The notes under the pieces are model-generated. The model did not search any database. It saw only the letters and a list, made by a program, of their open reading frames with translations, and had not been told where the DNA came from. A stretch of 64,000 bases of DNA from NCBI GenBank assembly GCA_964623775.1, contig CAZUVH010000001.1, positions 155,745 to 219,744 on the forward strand, in the 5' to 3' direction. Origin of the DNA: an uncultured Candidatus Saccharibacteria bacterium (GTDB taxonomy: Bacteria > Patescibacteriota > Minisyncoccia > Phycocordibacterales > UBA2100). The position numbers were made by a program, and so were the translations under genes. Each line of letters starts with the position of its first letter. Position 1 is the stretch's first letter. This document shows positions 62,426 through 64,000 of the stretch, one piece after another.

Positions 62426-64000
62426 TTACGCACGATTCGGCAGGAAATCTTCCCACGGGAACGGATTCCCAGAGGTCAGAAAATCCTGCATCGTTTTCGG
62501 CGTAAGGTGCTTCACCACGATCGGCGCTCGATCCTGGCCATCCACCGGATAGCCGATGAAGGTCAGGCCGCTGTTGTTCTCGGGGAGACCACCAGCGATG
62601 TCGGCAAAGGCGTCAGTGTGGGTCGCAGAGGAGCCCATCACAAACGTGTCATTGCCGGCATGTGCCATGCCGAAGAAGTGCTTGTCGCCAGTTTTGTGGA
62701 CGATCGGGATCTTACGGAAGATCGTCGAAACGTCACCACGCTGACGATTCACCTGGACCCAGCCGTGGAGGAGGTCATACCAGCTATCGCGTTTGGGCGG
62801 CGTGCCAGCGATGTGGAGGCCCCACTTGGGACCACTCTCACCGATCTGGAGCGTGCCAAAACCGATCGACTGGTCCTGGAACATCGGACCACAGATCATC
62901 TTGTTGAGATCGAGCCCCTTCAGGTCAGGGTCATTACGGAGCGCGACACGAAGCCGGTCTGCAATGATCTCACCTTCGAAGGCGTTGCCCTCGAGCGTCT
63001 TGGTCGCGTGGTTGCCGGAGCCAATATTGATGACACCGACGTCCCGCGCATCCTTGGCATAGCCGCTGTAGTGGCTGATGCCGCGCACGATTACATCAGA
63101 ATCCTTCGCACGGAGCAGCATGCCCTTGAAGACGTGCTGATACCGGTCGAGGACAGTGTAGAGCTCCTTGAGCTGCGTGCCCCAGTGATGGGGCGGATGG
63201 AACATACCAAGCTGATACATGTATTCGCGGAGGAGTTTCTCCTTCGCGGCTTCACGATCCTTGGCGTTGCTCCCCTCAATCTTCTTCAGCTCATCCTGAG
63301 TCTGGAACAAGAGCTCAGCGCCAGTGCGCTGATTATGGTGCGGACGCAAGTGCGTACCGAAGTGGTTGCCCTGCGTGGCGTCGTCGGCGACAGTGACGCC
63401 AAAGACGTGCGCGCGGCCATTTCGATCCATACCGGACCGCGACATGAGCTCGAAACCCGCTTCGAAAATGCCGATCGGCACTCCCTCGCGGGTACGGAGC
63501 CAGTTGCGATTCGCCGCACCGAGATGCGGATCGGTCCAGAGCGCTTCGTACACATACTTGGGCGGAGTGCGGCTGACTTTGGGCTGACCGTTGTAGCGGA
63601 CAGTCTCGGTCATGAGCATCTCAGCGTTGGGCATAAAACGATTGTCGAGCGAGATCGTCGACATGCCACCCTGGAACATTTCGTCCTTCACCGCGGAGAC
63701 CACGGGCATCCTGGCATCAAAGCCTTCGAGAGCCTCGAGGATCGGGAACTGATCAACGAGGATCGGGGCTTCGAAGAAGCTGGCAGTGCCGAGCAGTTTG
63801 CCCTCGATCTTATAGTTCTCGCGCGAACCCTTACGCGGATACACCGCGCCGGGCTGCATCGAGACCGTCAGATCGGCGAGCTCATCCCTGCGCTGATCCG
63901 GTCCATAGCTTTTCAGCCGTTTGATGTGGACCGACTTTTGCGCCGAGATGAAATGCACAATGTGATGGTTGCTGCCGAAGCGCACGAATGCGCCACCGCT
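62426..64000 (-). CDS. Large protein with a C-terminal calcineurin-like metallophosphoesterase domain (probably begins beyond the window)
   Basis: TDPHLG, VADD, SGNH and GDKH motifs; the frame stays open to the window edge. Confidence 0.65.
   Translation of the reverse strand, partial: SGGAFVRFGSNHHIVHFISAQKSVHIKRLKSYGPDQRRDELADLTVSMQPGAVYPRKGSRENYKIEGKLLGTASFFEAPILVDQFPILEALEGFDARMPVVSAVKDEMFQGGMSTISLDNRFMPNAEMLMTETVRYNGQPKVSRTPPKYVYEALWTDPHLGAANRNWLRTREGVPIGIFEAGFELMSRSGMDRNGRAHVFGVTVADDATQGNHFGTHLRPHHNQRTGAELLFQTQDELKKIEGSNAKDREAAKEKLLREYMYQLGMFHPPHHWGTQLKELYTVLDRYQHVFKGMLLRAKDSDVIVRGISHYSGYAKDARDVGVINIGSGNHATKTLEGNAFEGEIIADRLRVALRNDPDLKGLDLNKMICGPMFQDQSIGFGTLQIGESGPKWGLHIAGTPPKRDSWYDLLHGWVQVNRQRGDVSTIFRKIPIVHKTGDKHFFGMAHAGNDTFVMGSSATHTDAFADIAGGLPENNSGLTFIGYPVDGQDRAPIVVKHLTPKTMQDFLTSGNPFPWEDFLPNRA

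Noticed and set aside
60020-64000. Intact prophage at tRNA-Ile
   Set aside because: There are no integrase or virion genes, and the att-like duplicate is only 22 nt from the tRNA.

Overview
The window is a segment of a Patescibacteria (CPR) chromosome, most likely Parcubacteria. This rests on a divergent 16S (GTGCCAGCAGGAGCGGTAA in the 515F region), unlinked rRNA genes and the typical CPR gene set. It uses genetic code 11. Housekeeping genes: ileS, recO, glyQS, metG, tatD, rpsF-ssb-rpsR, efp, recA, ftsK, rplJ-rplL with an L10 leader, rodA, folD and secD-secF. It also holds a 1132-aa S-layer-like surface protein, glycosylation genes, a 23S-5S unit, a separate 16S unit about 14.5 kb downstream, tRNA-Ile(GAU) and about 25 small orphan or accessory genes. 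The strongest signal is a split in translation-initiation design. The 16S 3' tail reads GGAAUCAUUUC and has no CCUCC anti-SD. Core genes are leaderless (a -10 hexamer 6-9 nt before ATG) or have A/U-rich leaders without an SD. In contrast, about 19 orphan genes look like self-contained units: promoter, short leader with AGGAG(G), ORF and usually a GC hairpin terminator. Other notable items: a 30-bp double-hairpin element inserted in frame in ileS and repeated in the 23S leader; a ~470-nt closed multi-hairpin leader with a boxA-like site ahead of the S-layer gene; iteron-like GGACA repeats in and upstream of a four-helix-bundle/wHTH gene flanked by DnaA boxes; and a candidate rod-shaped ncRNA downstream of efp. 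All coordinates and counts were read by eye, and no database searches were run.
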